Shown here one piece after another: positions 46,369-59,779 of a DNA stretch of 64,000 bases. The stretch is from Macrostomum lignano (taxonomy: Eukaryota). A program made the position numbers and the translations under genes. The DNA is taken from positions 186,001-250,000 of the forward strand of contig NIVC01000843.1 of NCBI GenBank assembly GCA_002269645.1. The letters run 5' to 3'. How positions within the stretch are numbered: the stretch's first letter is position 1; the number at the start of each line of letters is the position of its first letter. Under the pieces are notes generated by a model. The model did no database searches, was not told where the DNA came from, and worked only from the letters and a program-made list of their open reading frames with translations.

Positions 46369-48777
46369 ATGGATAGAATTGACGATTCTGGGGCATTCTG
46401 TAAGCGGCCATCGACTAAGGACGACTTTCTTGATCTGGTTAATCAAAGGTATAGAATAGATTTCTTAAACTACTTATTTAGTAGCATATGTTTAAAAAGT
46501 TCGAAATTGCCGATATGTATCGTAATACGAATTTTTAATTAAAATCAGTTGTCTAATTCTTTTTGTAGCGAATCTTTGGCTAATCAACGGAAAAGATCAA
46601 AGAAAGCCGCAGCCGATGAGGCGGCTGGCGCAGCAGCAACCACAACTGGCAATTCGGAATCTATGGATGCCGATGCATTGTTAGATAGTGGGTTTAATTT
46701 ATATATATATTAATATTAACGATAAAAATAGATAGAAAATCTTAATTAGACTACTTTTAAATGAAACAGCCGTAGAAATGTTATCGTTTTTTATGTTATA
46801 ATTTCAGAACACGACCGGCACATTACTGCCGTACTGTCAGGGATTCGAGTGAGTGGATGCCTTTTTAATTAATATAATTTCAACTGTATTTATTTACTCG
46901 ACGTTTGTTTTTTAATTTCTTAGTCGGCCCAGTCTAAAATTCCAACTTCCTTATCTTATCTAATCTCCCTCTGGCATCTAATTGACTTTTTATTTTTATC
47001 TAACTCTCCCTTATCTCAGCCGACTCCTTATCTCTCTTTACCAGTCAGCAAAAGAAATAGCTCGGCCATAAAGCTGTTAAATTCCACACTGTATTTTATA
47101 TCTTGTTTTATACCTTGGCACTAAATTCTTCCTTGCGTTAGGAGTGCAGCTTCACTGATCGAGATGCAGCCAACGTCAGCATCACGCCTTGTCCTATGGG
47201 CTTTCCCAGAGCATTCCATCGAGACGATGAGTCCTCAGTGCAGAGCTTGCCATCAAAGCCAAGCTTCTCTGCTACTTCAGCGACTGGCCCTGCTAGTGCT
47301 GTTGGTGGTGGCTGCAGGAAGCCCAGCCTCTTTGCTATGCGGATGCAGCAGAAGCAGCAGAATGCTCACGAGTGTGCTGCGAATCAAACTGCAACACCCC
47401 CTGCCTCCTCAGCAGGTAGGATTTCTTTTCTACTAATTATCCAACCCTTCAACTCAGTTGCTGAGCCAGCCTCCCAAAGTGTCAGTTGCTGTGCCAGCCT
47501 CCCAGATCTTCAGTTGCTGGGCCAGCATCCCAGAGTGTCAGTTGCTGGGCCAGCCTCCCAGATCCTCAGTTGCTGAGCCAGCCTCCCAGATCCTTAGTTG
47601 CTGGGCCAGCCTCCCAGATCCTCATTGCTAGGCCAGCCTCCCAGATCCTCATTGCTGGGCCAGCCTCCCAGATCCTTAGTTGCTGGGCCAGCCTCCCAGA
47701 GTGTCAGTTGCTGGGCCAGCCTCCCAGATCCTCAGTTGCTGGGCCAGCCTCCCAGATCCTTAGTTGCTGGGCCAGCCTCCCAGATCCTCATTGCTAGGCC
47801 AGCCTCCCAGATCCTCATTGCTGGGCCAGCCTCCCAGATCCTCATTGCTGGGCCAGCCTCCCAAATCCATCATTGCTGAGCCAGCCTCCCAGATCCTCAT
47901 TGCTGAGCCAGCCTCCCAGATCCTCATTGCTGGGCCAGCCTCCCAAATCCTTAGTTGCTGGGCCAGCCTCCCAGAGTGTCAGTTGCTGGGCCAGCCTCCC
48001 AGAGTGTCAGTTGCTGTGCCAGCCTCCCAGATCCTTAGTTGCTGGGCCAGCCTCCCAGATCCTCAGTTGCTGGGCCAGCCTCCCAGAGTGTCAGTTGCTC
48101 GGCCAGCCTCCCAGATCCCCTGTCGCTGGGCCAGCTTTCCAGATTCTCAGTTGCTGGGCCAGCCTTCCAGATCCTCTGTCGCTGGGCCAGCCTCCCAGAT
48201 CCTTAGTTGCTGGGCCAGCCTCCCAGAGTGTCAGTTGCTGGGCCAGCCTCCCAGAGTGTCAGTTGCTGTGCCAGCCTCCCAGATCCTTAGTTGCTGGGCC
48301 AGCCTCCCAGATCCTCAGTTGCTGGGCCAGCCTCCCAGAGTGTCATTTGCTCGGCCAGCCTCCCAGATCCCCTGTCGCTGGGCCAGCTTTCCAGATTCTC
48401 AGTTGCTGGGCCAGCCTTCCAGATCCTCTGTCGCTGGGCCAGCCTCCCAGAGTGTCAGTTGCTGGGCCAGCCTCCCAGATCCTCAGTTGCTAAGCCACCC
48501 CCAGACTCCCTATCACTATCTAATCCTCATTTCATCATCAGCGCGCATTCGTATTCCAGTAAGCGTATCAGCGAGCCGACCGAAATCCCGGATCCTGATT
48601 GGCAGCGGGGTGTCTCCCTTCGCACCGGAAGCGGTCGTGCGGGACATCTCCGAGGAGAACTGGCGTCGGTTGGACAGCCTGCCCAGGGAGGAAATTCTCA
48701 AGGAGAAGCAGCGACTGGAGGACAGCATTGGTGAGAGTTAATTGTCTTTCTTTGTCTATCAGGCTGTACTGCCCTAG

Positions 48778-48812
<35 letters not shown>

Positions 48813-48813
48813 A

Positions 48814-48890
<77 letters not shown>

Positions 48891-51800
48891 TTCTGTCTAT
48901 CAGGCTGTACTGTCCTAGTGTCTGTCTGTCTATCTGTCTGTCTGTCTGTCTTTTTGTCTGTCCGTCTGTCTCAGTGTCTGTCTGTCTCTCTGTCTCAGTG
49001 TCTGTCTTTCTGTCTGTCCTTCTGTCTGTCTGTCTGTCTGTCTGTGTGTCTGTGTGCTGTCTGTCTGTGTGGCTGTCTGTCTTTCTGTCTGTCTGTCTGT
49101 CTGTGTGGCTGTCTGTCTTTCTGTCTCTCACCTGTATTTGACACTCCAATTCCCAGACCCCAGACTGCTCGCCTTCTTCAAGCAAGCCAAGAAAGACGCG
49201 GCCACTGGGCGTCAATCGCAGCGGCAGCAAGGACCAAAGCAGCAGCAGAAGCAGCAACACGTCAGCAAGCCGAAAGCAGACCCGAGCCAATCGGTGCCGT
49301 CAGAATCGGCCGCCACAACGCCCAGACTCGAGTCTGAGAAGCTCGCCTGGACTCGCGATCCCCAGCTGCCTGTGCCGAACTCCTCATCAGCTAGTGAGGC
49401 GCGATTCGATCTGTCTGGCAAGCTTATAGCTCCGGATGCTGACCTGCCGACTCACCTGGGCCTGCATCATCACGGCGACGAGCCGCACAGGGCCGGCTAC
49501 TCCGTGCCAGAGCTGTTCACGCTGGCCCGGTCCACCGTGCTGCAGCAGCGGGTGCTCGCGTTCACCATTTTGGCCAGGTTTGCGCGCCAAATAATGGTCG
49601 TTAAAGATTGGGTTTGTAGTCTATTGATTCGTCGGACTCACGACTTAAAGGTCGGTAGTTCGATTCCCGATCCCATGCACTGGAACAATTTGGGGCTCTT
49701 CCGCTAATAATTATATTTGTTAGAGTTCGATTTTTGATAAAGAAGAATCCTAAAGTAATACTAAGAATTTTCTAAGAATCCCACAAAACCTTGACTAACC
49801 TATTCGCAGCTATTTCCGCAGCTTGAAACTACTATCAGTAGTGTAATAGTAAATTGCTATGTGTTACAAAACTATTCCGCCAGAGCGCTAGACCGTTGGC
49901 ACCGAGGCGAGCTAGCAGCCGAACTTCAAGGCTGCCTGCCCGACCAGCTGCAGGACTCCGGTCTGCTGTTCCTGTGCCGCGTCGCCCTAGACGATGCCAA
50001 CGCTCCTCTAGCTGGCATCGAAGCCGCTCTGGACTGCCTTCGAGCCGCTCTATCGCCATGCGCCGATGTCGAAGAGTGCCGTTTAGGCCGGCTTCAAGTC
50101 TGGACTGGCTTCACCGCCGTTCAAGGACTTCGACCGGATTTGAAAGACGCCAATTTAGACGAATTGTCGTTAAACAACTTCGATCAAGACGAAGACAGCG
50201 TCGAAACTGACGACGATTTGATGCGACGCGATCCGTGTCAGGGCCTGCTGCGGACTCGACTGTTGGCCAGGCTGGCTCGTCTGCTGCCGCGGCTGGGCGC
50301 CCTCGGCTTGGGGGCCTGCGGCGCCGTGCTGACTAGGCTGACGCGGCACAGTCGGCGGGTGGCCAGATTGGTGCTGGATGCGCCTGGCTGCCTGGTGAAG
50401 AAATTTATTGACAGGTGAGTTACGTCGTACGTTTTATTTCACCTCTTAGTTTGTTATCTGACACTCCAGTGTGCTGTCTGACATTTCAGTGTTTTATCTG
50501 ACACCCCAGTGTGCTATCTGACACCCCAGTGTGCTATCTGACACCGTAAGTGTGTTTCTGACACCCCAGTGTGCTATCTGACATCCCAGTGTGCTATCTG
50601 ACACCCAGTGTGCTATCTGACAGTCCAGTGTGTTATCTAATATCCCAGTATGTTATCTGACACCCCGGTGTGTTTTACGACATCCTTTTCTTTCCAGCTG
50701 ACAACATAATGGTTTTCCCTGCTGGTTTTCCTTGACACCCTGCTGGTTTCCCTGACACCCTGCTGCTTTTCCTGACACTTTGATAGTTTCCTTGACAACC
50801 TGCTGGTTTCCCTGACACCCTCATGGTTTCCCTGACACCCTGATGGTTTCCCTGACACCCTGATGGTTTCCCTAACACCCTGATGGTTTCCCTGACACCC
50901 TGCTAGTTTCCCTGACACCCTGCTAGTTTCCCTGACACCCTGCTAGTTTCCCTGACACCCTGATGGTTTCCCTGACACCCTGCTAGTTTCCCTGACACCC
51001 TGATGGTTTCCCTGACACCCTGATGGTTTCCCTAACACCCTGCTAGTTTCCCTGACACCCTGCTAGTTTCCCTGACACCCTGCTAGTTTCCCTGACACCC
51101 TGATGGTTTCCCTAACACCCTGCTAGTTTCCCTGACACCCTGCTAGTTTCCCTGACACCCTGCTAGTTTCCCTGACACCCTGCTAGTTTCCCTGACACCC
51201 TGCTAGTTTCCCTGACACCCTGATGGTTTCCCTGACACCCTGCTAGTTTCCCTGACACCCTGCTGGTTTTCCTGACACCCTGCTGGTTTCCCTGACACCC
51301 TGCTGGTTTTCCTGACACCCTGCTAGTTTCCCTGGCACCCTGATTTTTTTCCTTACACCCTGATGGTTTTCCTGACACCCTGATGGTTTCCCTGACACCC
51401 TGATGGTTTCCCTAACACCCTGATGGTTTTCCTGACACCCTGCTGGTTTCCCTGACACCCTGCTAGTTTCCCTGACACCCTGCTGGTTTTCCTGACACCC
51501 TGCTGGTTTCCCTGACACCCTGCTAGTTTCCCTGGCACCCTGATTTTTTTCCTTACACCCTGATGGTTTCACTGACACCCTGCTGGTTTCCCTGACACCC
51601 TGCTAGTTTCCCTGACACCCTGATGGTTTTCCTGACACCCTGATGGTTTCCCTGACACCCTGCTGGTTTCCCTGACACCCTGCTGGTTTCCCTGACACCC
51701 TGCTAGTTTCCCTGTTACCCTGCTGGTTTTCCTGACACCCTGCTGGTTTCCCTGACACCCTGCTAGTTTCCCTGGCACCCTGATGGTTTTCCTGACACCC

Positions 51801-52776
51801 TGATGGTTTCACTGACACTCTGCTGGTTTCCCTGACACCCTGCTAGTTTCCATGACACTGTGATAGTTTCCTTGACACCCTGATGATTTCCCTGACACCC
51901 TGCTAGTTTCCATGACACTGTGATAGTTTCCTTGACACCCTGATGATTTCCCTGACACCCTGCTAGTTTCCCTGACAACCTGATGGCTTTCCTGACACCC
52001 CGATGGTTTTCCTGACACCCTGATGGTTTCCCTGACACCCTGATGGTTTCCCTGACACCCAGCTAGTTTCCATGACACTGATAGTTTCTTTGATACCCTG
52101 ATGGTTTCCCTGACACCCTGCTAGTTTCCCCGACACCCTGATGGCTTCCCTGACACCCTGATAACTGTTAAAGCAGCATACCTTGCACAACAGCAATCCT
52201 GAGAGCACTATTCTCCCCCACTCTACCAGGTGCCTCTCCTACTCAAGCGAGTCTAACAACCTCGCCGTCGCCGTGTGGGCCTTTCGTCTGGCCCGCGCCC
52301 TCCGCCTGGCTCTGCCGGCACCGCTGGACCTGCCCTGCCTGTCCTCGGCAGGCTGCCGGACCGCCTTGGCCCTGGTCTGGCCGGGCGTCTCCGCTGCCGA
52401 GCCGCTGTGGCTCAGAGCGGCCCTGCTACCTGGCCTGGAGCTCGGCAACATCGCCGACTATCTGGCTGCTCAGCCCGAGCTAGCGGCCGAACAGTTGGCT
52501 CCGTTAATTCGTCGATGCATTCGCGACAGCGATCTGGTGACGGCGGAGGCTGTTGGCGGAGTTCTGGACTCGCTAATCTCTGTAGTTAACAATAGCCATA
52601 ATGCCGGTACGTCTGCGGCTGAACTGCTGGAAACTGTGGATGCCACCTCAGGCTTCGTGTGGGAGGTGAGACGGTCGCAGATCATTTGATTCCTTTCCCG
52701 TTTTATGGGCTTGCTTGCCTCCGTTCTTAGGTACCTTTAAAAGTTTTACCATTACAGTCACTATCTATCTGTCTAT

Positions 52777-52818
<42 letters not shown>

Positions 52819-52819
52819 G

Positions 52820-52898
<79 letters not shown>

Positions 52899-52923
52899 GT
52901 CTATCTATCTATCTATCTATCTG

Positions 52924-52962
<39 letters not shown>

Positions 52963-53395
52963 GTCTATCTATCTATCTATCCATTTATCTATCTATCTAT
53001 CTATCTATCTATCCATTTATCTATCTATCTATCTATCTATCTCGCTCTTTCTCGCTATCTACTATCTATTGCCAGGACCTGCACCGGAGCGGTTACGAAA
53101 ATTATATTTCTCGGTAGTTGCACGTACTCTTTTGCACTACTTGAGTAGTCTGATTTTCGTTCGGCATGGCTGGTTCCAGCAGGTAGTTCCTCTGGATAAA
53201 AGCGCTTACCGCGCCCATTGGCTTTCCAGCTGCCTTAATCGTTTCCGGTGATCTTGTGTGCGTGCTTTCAGCTTGATTGGCTGCGGCAAGCAAGCTCGAA
53301 AGAGCTCGCTTCGCTCGCTCTTTCTCGCTATCTACTATCTATCTATCTATCTATCTATTTATCTATCTATCCATCTATCTATCTATCCACCTACA

Positions 53396-53464
<69 letters not shown>

Positions 53465-53515
53465 GTCTATCTATCTGTCTATCTATCTATCCATCTATCT
53501 ATCTATCCACCTACA

Positions 53516-53576
<61 letters not shown>

Positions 53577-53617
53577 GTCTATCTATCTATCTATCTATCG
53601 ATCTATCTATCTATCTG

Positions 53618-53680
<63 letters not shown>

Positions 53681-53681
53681 G

Positions 53682-53731
<50 letters not shown>

Positions 53732-56229
53732 CATCTATCTATCTGCCTATCTATCTATCTATCTATCTATCTATCTGTCTATCTATATCTATCTATCATA
53801 CAGGTAGCGGCACCCTGGGCGACCAGTCAAGCCGCACCGCAGACCGCCAGCTGGCACTCCATCGGCACGGCGGCCCTCCTGCTTCGCGTTCGCCTGTCTG
53901 CTCTGATCGCTCGACACGCCGGCAGCAATCCGACTCGACTTCAACGCGAAGCCGCGGCTGCAGCAGGCGGCGGCAGTCTGGTCAGCGGCCTGCTGCACCA
54001 GCTGGCCTCCCTGTCGAGCCAGTACCGCAGCCAGGCGAGCATTCTGCTGGCCTCGAGGCGCTGCAGGCGATCTGCCAGACTAACCAGCCTGGCATCGCGT
54101 CGGCTGCCTCAGCTGTGTTCCTCCGCGGCCTTCTGCCAGCAGCCAGCCAAGATCGATAACGATTCTGCAGTGGACAGCGGCTCAACCACGCAATCAATCG
54201 TCTGCTCTCTATTTGATGATGTTCAACTGCAAGAGGCTGATAATACTACTAGTAGTAGTATTAGTAATAGCTCGTGCGGTGTGCTGCTTCAATTAGTTTT
54301 GCTAAGCCGCTTGGTTGTTGAACGACTGCCGGACCTGCTGACTAAAGAGGATGCTCAGCTGGTAGGATGCTGATCGGGGAAAATTTAGGGGATGGAGAGT
54401 TTTAAAGTCTGCATGCTGTAAGAAAAATATTTTACCTGACTAAAGTATGAGCTGCTGCTCTAAGTCACCTTATCGTGGCTTTGTAAGCTTCAAATCCCAT
54501 TCTGTAGCTTTAAATCCCATTGCGTTGCTTCAAATCCCATTCTGTAGCTTTAAATCCCATTGCATAGCTTCAAATCCCATTGCATAGCTTCAAATCCCAT
54601 AGCATAGCTTAAAATCCCATTCCTTTGCTTAAAATCCTATTCCTTTGCTTAAAATCCCATTGCATAGCTTCAAATCCCATTGCATAGCTTCAAATCCCAT
54701 TGCATAGCTTCAAATCCCATAGCATAGCTTAAAATCCTATTCCTTTGCTTAAAATCCCATTGCATAGCTTCAAATCCCATTGCATAGCTTAAAATTCCAT
54801 TCTTTAGCTTCAAATCCCATTGCATAGCTTAAAATCCCATTCCTTTGCTTAAAATCCTATTCTTTAGCTTCAAATCCCATTGTATAGCTTCAACTCCCAC
54901 TTTATACCTTCGAATCCCATTGCATAGCTTCAAATCCCATTCTTTAGCTTCAAATCCCATTCTTTAGCGTCAAATCCCATTCTTTAGCGTCAAATCCCAT
55001 TCTTTAGCGTCAGATCCCATTCTTTAGCGTCAGATCCCATTCTTTAGCGTCAAATCCCATTCTTTAGCGTCAAATCCCATTCTTTAGCGTCAGATCCCAT
55101 TCTTTAGCGTCAAATCCCATTGCATAGCTTCAAATCCCATTCTTTAGCTTCAAATCCCATTCTTTAGCGTCAAATCCCATTCTTTAGCGTCAGATCCCAT
55201 TATTTAGCGTCAAATCCCATTCTTTAGCGTCAAATCCCATTCTTTAGCGTCAAATCCCATTCTTTAGCGTCAAATCCCATTCTTTAGCGTTAAATCCCGT
55301 TCTTTAGCTTCAAATCCCATTGTATAGCTTCCAATCCCATTATTGTATAGCTTTAAATCTCATTGTAAGCTAAGATTCTGAAAGTTTATGGTCACGCACT
55401 TCATTTCATTCCCAATCATTCACCCGCAGCTCTCCACCGGCTTAGCCGACCTATTAACCAGCGGCTTTGAACTTGCCGCCCATCCAGTAGGCTCGCTGTG
55501 CTCCGGTTTCATTCAACTGGAACTGCGGCTGCTCTGCGAAGCGGCCCATCTATTTCAACGTCTGTCGCTGTTGTCAACACCTGTCAGGTCGTCTTGGTCC
55601 TCATTTGCCGGGCTTGTAGCCTTCCTAGCTGGAGCTCTGCCCTCCGGAATGGAGGCCCAGCTTCGGCAACTGTTCGATCGGCTACTGTTCACGCCTGACT
55701 TTGTCGACTCTTTAAGTAGCGACTCGACCGGCGTAGACTTAGAATTAAAACGTCGAGCTAGAGACTGCTTAGCAACTGCTCGGGATGTCTATTCGGCTAT
55801 GATTGGACCGGAGATCGGGCAGGCTCGGATAGCCGGGCCGCTGCTGCCGCAGGACTGGGTCTGGCTGCCGCTGCTGACCACTCGCGCTGATGATGAAGAA
55901 GAAGACACTGATGAAGCTGCTAGGGAAGCTGCGGCCAGGTGGGCGGCTCTGCTAGATAGCTTCGGCTTGGCTCCATCGCCTTGTCCGGCAGCGAGGCTTG
56001 CTCGCCTTCTCGCCGTCCTGTCGGCGTCTTCGTCGCCTACACCGGCTGCCCTGCAGCCGCTGGTGGCCGCCTGCTGTCGGCCGCGGTTCCTGCGCAGCCT
56101 GGACACCGAGGCGCCCGTGCCCGGGGTGGCCAACTTCTACGATGCCTGGACTGATGCGCTGAGGCACTATCAGGTAGGGGCTGGCCGGTTGCGGCGGACT
56201 AACTCACGGACTGACAGATGAACAGATAA

Positions 56230-56315
<86 letters not shown>

Positions 56316-59300
56316 TGACTGACTGACTGACTGACTGACTGACTGACTGACTGACTGACTGACTGACTGACTGACTGACTGACTGACTGACTGACTGACT
56401 GACTGACTGACTGACTGACTGACTGACTGACTGACTGACTGACTGACTGACTGACTGACTGACTGACTGACTGACTGACTGACTGACTGACTGACTGACT
56501 GACTGACTGACTGACTGACTGACTGACTGACTGACTGACTGACTGACTGACTGACTGACTGACTGACTGACTGACTGACTGACTGACTGACTGACTGACT
56601 GACTGACTGACTGACTGACTGACTGACTGACTGACTGACTGACTGACTGACTGACTGACTGACTGACTGACTGACTGACTGACTGACTGACTGACTGACT
56701 GACTGACTGACTGACTGACTGACTGACTGACTGACTGCAAATTCAGTCAGTTACTGACTGCAATACTACTTGTGAGTATTTGCAACTTTGGGCTTATGAA
56801 ATAAAGTGAAAACAATATGAAAATGAAAACTTCACTACATAGCTATATGAAAATATAATAGAGTAACATGTTGTGCATGTTAAGTTAAAAGAATGGTAGT
56901 CTTCATTGCCCCAGATCAAATACAATCACTGATTTTGTGACGAAAAACAGATTTTTTCCTATCTTCGCAGTGTATTTTTTCCAGGAAATCGTGGCCTAAA
57001 AAAAATTGCACGATTTTTGAGTTTTACGTCCTGTTAGTCTAGAAGTCCTTGATTCACAGATTGAGATTGCCAATAACGGGGTCCCCATTACTCGTCATTC
57101 TCTAGACTCTGAAAACGACAGGCAAAGATGGACCCATTCAGTCTGTTGGTTACTTATACCAGCGGCTCTGCTGCTTTCAAGAGTGTCAATAAGCTTCAAA
57201 CTTGGCGTCCTCTGTCATTAACGTTGCAAAATATCCTTGAGGTGCTGGCCTACCTACAATTTTCGTGCACAAGCCCCAGACTGAATTTGGCTAGATAAAC
57301 AGCTAGGCACCCGGCCTTCCCGCCACAATCCCACAGGGCGCAGGCTACGGTGATGCGCACTTCGCCAACGCCCTGCTGATTCCCTGCGGTCTGAGGCATC
57401 ACGTGAAATATCGGCGCGCAATCTGGGGCGAAATGTCCGCCTGTCTGCGCGTCTTGCCGCTGCGCTTTGATCAGCTGCTGCTGCCGCTGGAGCACCTGCT
57501 TGGCGATGGAGAACGGAGTCTTGAGATGCTGCGACTCTACGCACAGGAACTGCTTAGTAGTCGAGTTGCCTGCGAACGGTGAGAATCTAACAAAGCAGTA
57601 GTAGCACTGATAGAGTCGCTCATATAAAGATAAAAACGAGAGCGGGATGCATTGCGAGTTGCGCTAGAATTTGATATTTTGATGGATTTTTTTCAAGTCT
57701 GTCTTACTAAGTTAATAAATAGAGATTTATTTAGTACGAGATATATGAGAGTTTATCAGGGGCGTCGCCATGGATTTATGGTAGGGGGGACAAAGCCAAG
57801 AATTCAACACTGATAGAGGCACATGACTAAATTGCTACATCTCCATTTTTTGAAAATCGTGTTTTTAGCGCCGCAGGCACTCATTTTGGCGCCGCGGGCA
57901 TTCATTTTGGCGCCGCGGGCACTCATTTTGGCGCCGCAGGCACTCATTTTGGCGCCGCAGGCAATCATTTTGGCGCCGCGGGCACTCATTTTGGCGCCGC
58001 AGGCACTCATTTTGGCGCCGCAGGCACTCATTTTGGCGCCGCAGGCACTCCTTTTAGCGCAGCAGGCACTCATTTTGGCGCCGCGGGCACTCATTTTAGC
58101 GCCGCAGGAACTCATTTTGGCGCCGCAGGCACTATATTAAGGCGCCCTGAATAAACATTATTGATTACCACAACGGGTCACAAAGTGGGGTGGGGGGGGG
58201 ACAAAGCATTGACATGCGCCCCAAAGCTTTTACTGGGGGGGGGTCCCCCTGTCCCCCCGTCCCCCCGTCCCCCCGGTGGTGGCGACGCGCCTGGAGTTTG
58301 TATAAGCTTTGGCCATAGACCAGGTCTCGTACACGTGTTCGTTTCCCGATTGACATTCGGATTCACATTCAGGTTTTAGCAAAGCCGCTGTAACTTTTCT
58401 TTACTTGAACGAAACGCTTTAGAATTTTACAAAAACTTTGACGCAATCAAGAAAAAAAACTACGTAAAATATCTCGGCATTTAAAAATAGACTGTACAAA
58501 TTATTCACTTATAAAGTTTGTTCCTATCTCCTTAGTGTATTATTATGCAACTCAACAAAACGGCTTAAAATACACGCAGAGCTACGAAACTTTATATTTC
58601 TCTTGACGCACGCGAGATGCATTGGCAAATAAAAAATCAGCACCCTAGCTTAAAGCCTGTACGAGTTTAATGAAGTTTCGTAGCTCTGCGTTGAGTAGAA
58701 GTGTCTGTCAGCGAATGTCAAGCTGGATCCCCAAAATACACTACGGAGATAGGAACACAGTTTGCAGGTGAATAACTCGTACAGGCTTTAAGCAGCTCTG
58801 TTAAAATTTGAATGTGAATCTGAATGTCAATCGGGAAATGAATACGTGTCTCGTACTAGGTCTCGTAGACTAGGTCTCGTAGACTAGGTCTCGTTTACAC
58901 GAGACTCGTACTTTGTTTCCAGTCCTGTGTGATTAAAAAGTCCTTGGGCTCGTAGTAAAAACAATATTACTGTTGGCTACATTGGTCTCTTTCTTCACTT
59001 ATGAGGTTGGCATGAGTTTGTCCACTGTGACTTTTCAGTGCAAATCGCCCCCACTCCCTGGCTGCTCTACCGATTAACAACCGTGTGTTACTATACTGTC
59101 TCTCTTGACCATAGACTACTACTAGCGTATAGGGAAAGACTAGTCGATTTCTACAGTCGGGATGCAGAAGCTGCCGTGTAGTCAGCAGAGTTGGATCCTT
59201 GACTATAGCTTATATTGAGACACCTTTAAGCAAATATTTAGACAATCTTCCTGCCAATGCCTAGGTCGCCGGTTCCCTACGCCTTGGCTGTGCACCACCT

Positions 59301-59607
59301 GTCAGTATTTCTCTACCAGCGCCTACCGGATGACACGCCAGTTGCTGCCGAGTTCCGCACTGTGCTCTGGTCGCATCTGCTCAGCTTGCACAAGACCGAG
59401 TCTTCGTCAAAACTGTCTCAGAAGGATCGTCAGCAGCGACTGCTGCTGGCTCACCTGGTGCTGTGCGATCGATGTGAATCGCCGTTGCTTCGCTTGCACA
59501 CTTGTGGCCTGCCAGCTGGGAGGCTACGGGTGATTGTCAGCTACTTGGATGGCAGTGCCGCCGAGGCTGACAGACTTGTGTCCGCCTGTGTCGCTGCTTT
59601 GGAGTAG
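46369..59607 (+). CDS. RPAP1: RNA polymerase II-associated protein 1
   Basis: Phase-consistent exons 46369-46448, 46569-46687, 46808-46848, 47142-47415, 48542-48730, 49157-49577, 49884-50414, 52230-52665, 53804-54361, 55430-56173, 57337-57578, 59265-59607. Motifs [41 protein letters not shown]...[53 protein letters not shown]. Confidence 0.95.
47455..48495. repeat. ~28-bp minisatellite GTTGCTGGGCCAGCCTCCCAGATCCTCA (intronic)
   Basis: Direct inspection; accounts for ORFs 47486-48493. Confidence 0.95.
48770..49130. repeat. (TCTG)n microsatellite (intronic)
   Basis: Direct inspection. Confidence 0.96.
50450..52165. repeat. Two adjacent related 20-bp minisatellites (GACACCCCAGTGTGCTATCT; CCCTGACACCCTGCTAGTTT)
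   Basis: Direct inspection; intronic. Confidence 0.95.
52760..53797. repeat. (TATC)n microsatellite split by a ~250-bp unique insert
   Basis: Arrays at 52760-53040 and 53335-53797; 27-bp direct repeat flanks the insert. Confidence 0.95.
54480..55345. repeat. 20-bp minisatellite CAAATCCCATT(C/G)(T/C)(T/A)TAGC(G/T)T (intronic)
   Basis: Direct inspection. Confidence 0.95.
56228..56740. repeat. Compound (GACA)n-(GACT)n microsatellite (intronic)
   Basis: Direct inspection; the GACT tract of ~420 bp is perfect. Confidence 0.98.
57757..58293. mobile_element. hAT-type MITE carrying a 21-bp minisatellite
   Basis: TIR CAGGGGCGTCGCCA / TGGCGACGCGCCTG; 8-bp TSD GAGTTTAT / GAGTTTGT (7 of 8 match); internal GCACTCATTTTGGCGCCGCAG array at ~57865-58135. 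Confidence 0.8.
58320..58860. mobile_element. Foldback-like non-autonomous element
   Basis: IRs ACACGTGTTCGTTTCCCGATTGACATTCGGATTCACATTCA / TGAATGTGAATCTGAATGTCAATCGGGAAATGAATACGTGT, plus internal IRs. Confidence 0.6.
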
Positions 59608-59779
59608 CTGACTCGCTGACCAAGTTTTTGTTCACTCCTTTTAGTTGTTAAATTGCCAACCAATTGTTCCATTTTTCCTGAATAAGTCTTCTGAACAAAG
59701 ACTGCTTTAATTTTTTTCTGGAAACAGTAAAAACTACTCCTTTGAATCCGTAGAATCGTCATCAACGACTCCTTGGAAT

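Noticed and set aside
47486-48493. Repetitive LGQPP/ASLP ORFs
   Set aside because: They come from an intronic minisatellite between phase-compatible RPAP1 exons.
50637-52208. Cluster of minus-strand SGKPAGCQG ORFs
   Set aside because: They are translations of the 20-bp minisatellite.
53068-53251. Extra RPAP1 coding exon
   Set aside because: Flanking exons join in phase 0 without it, and its splice sites did not give a phase-consistent inclusion.
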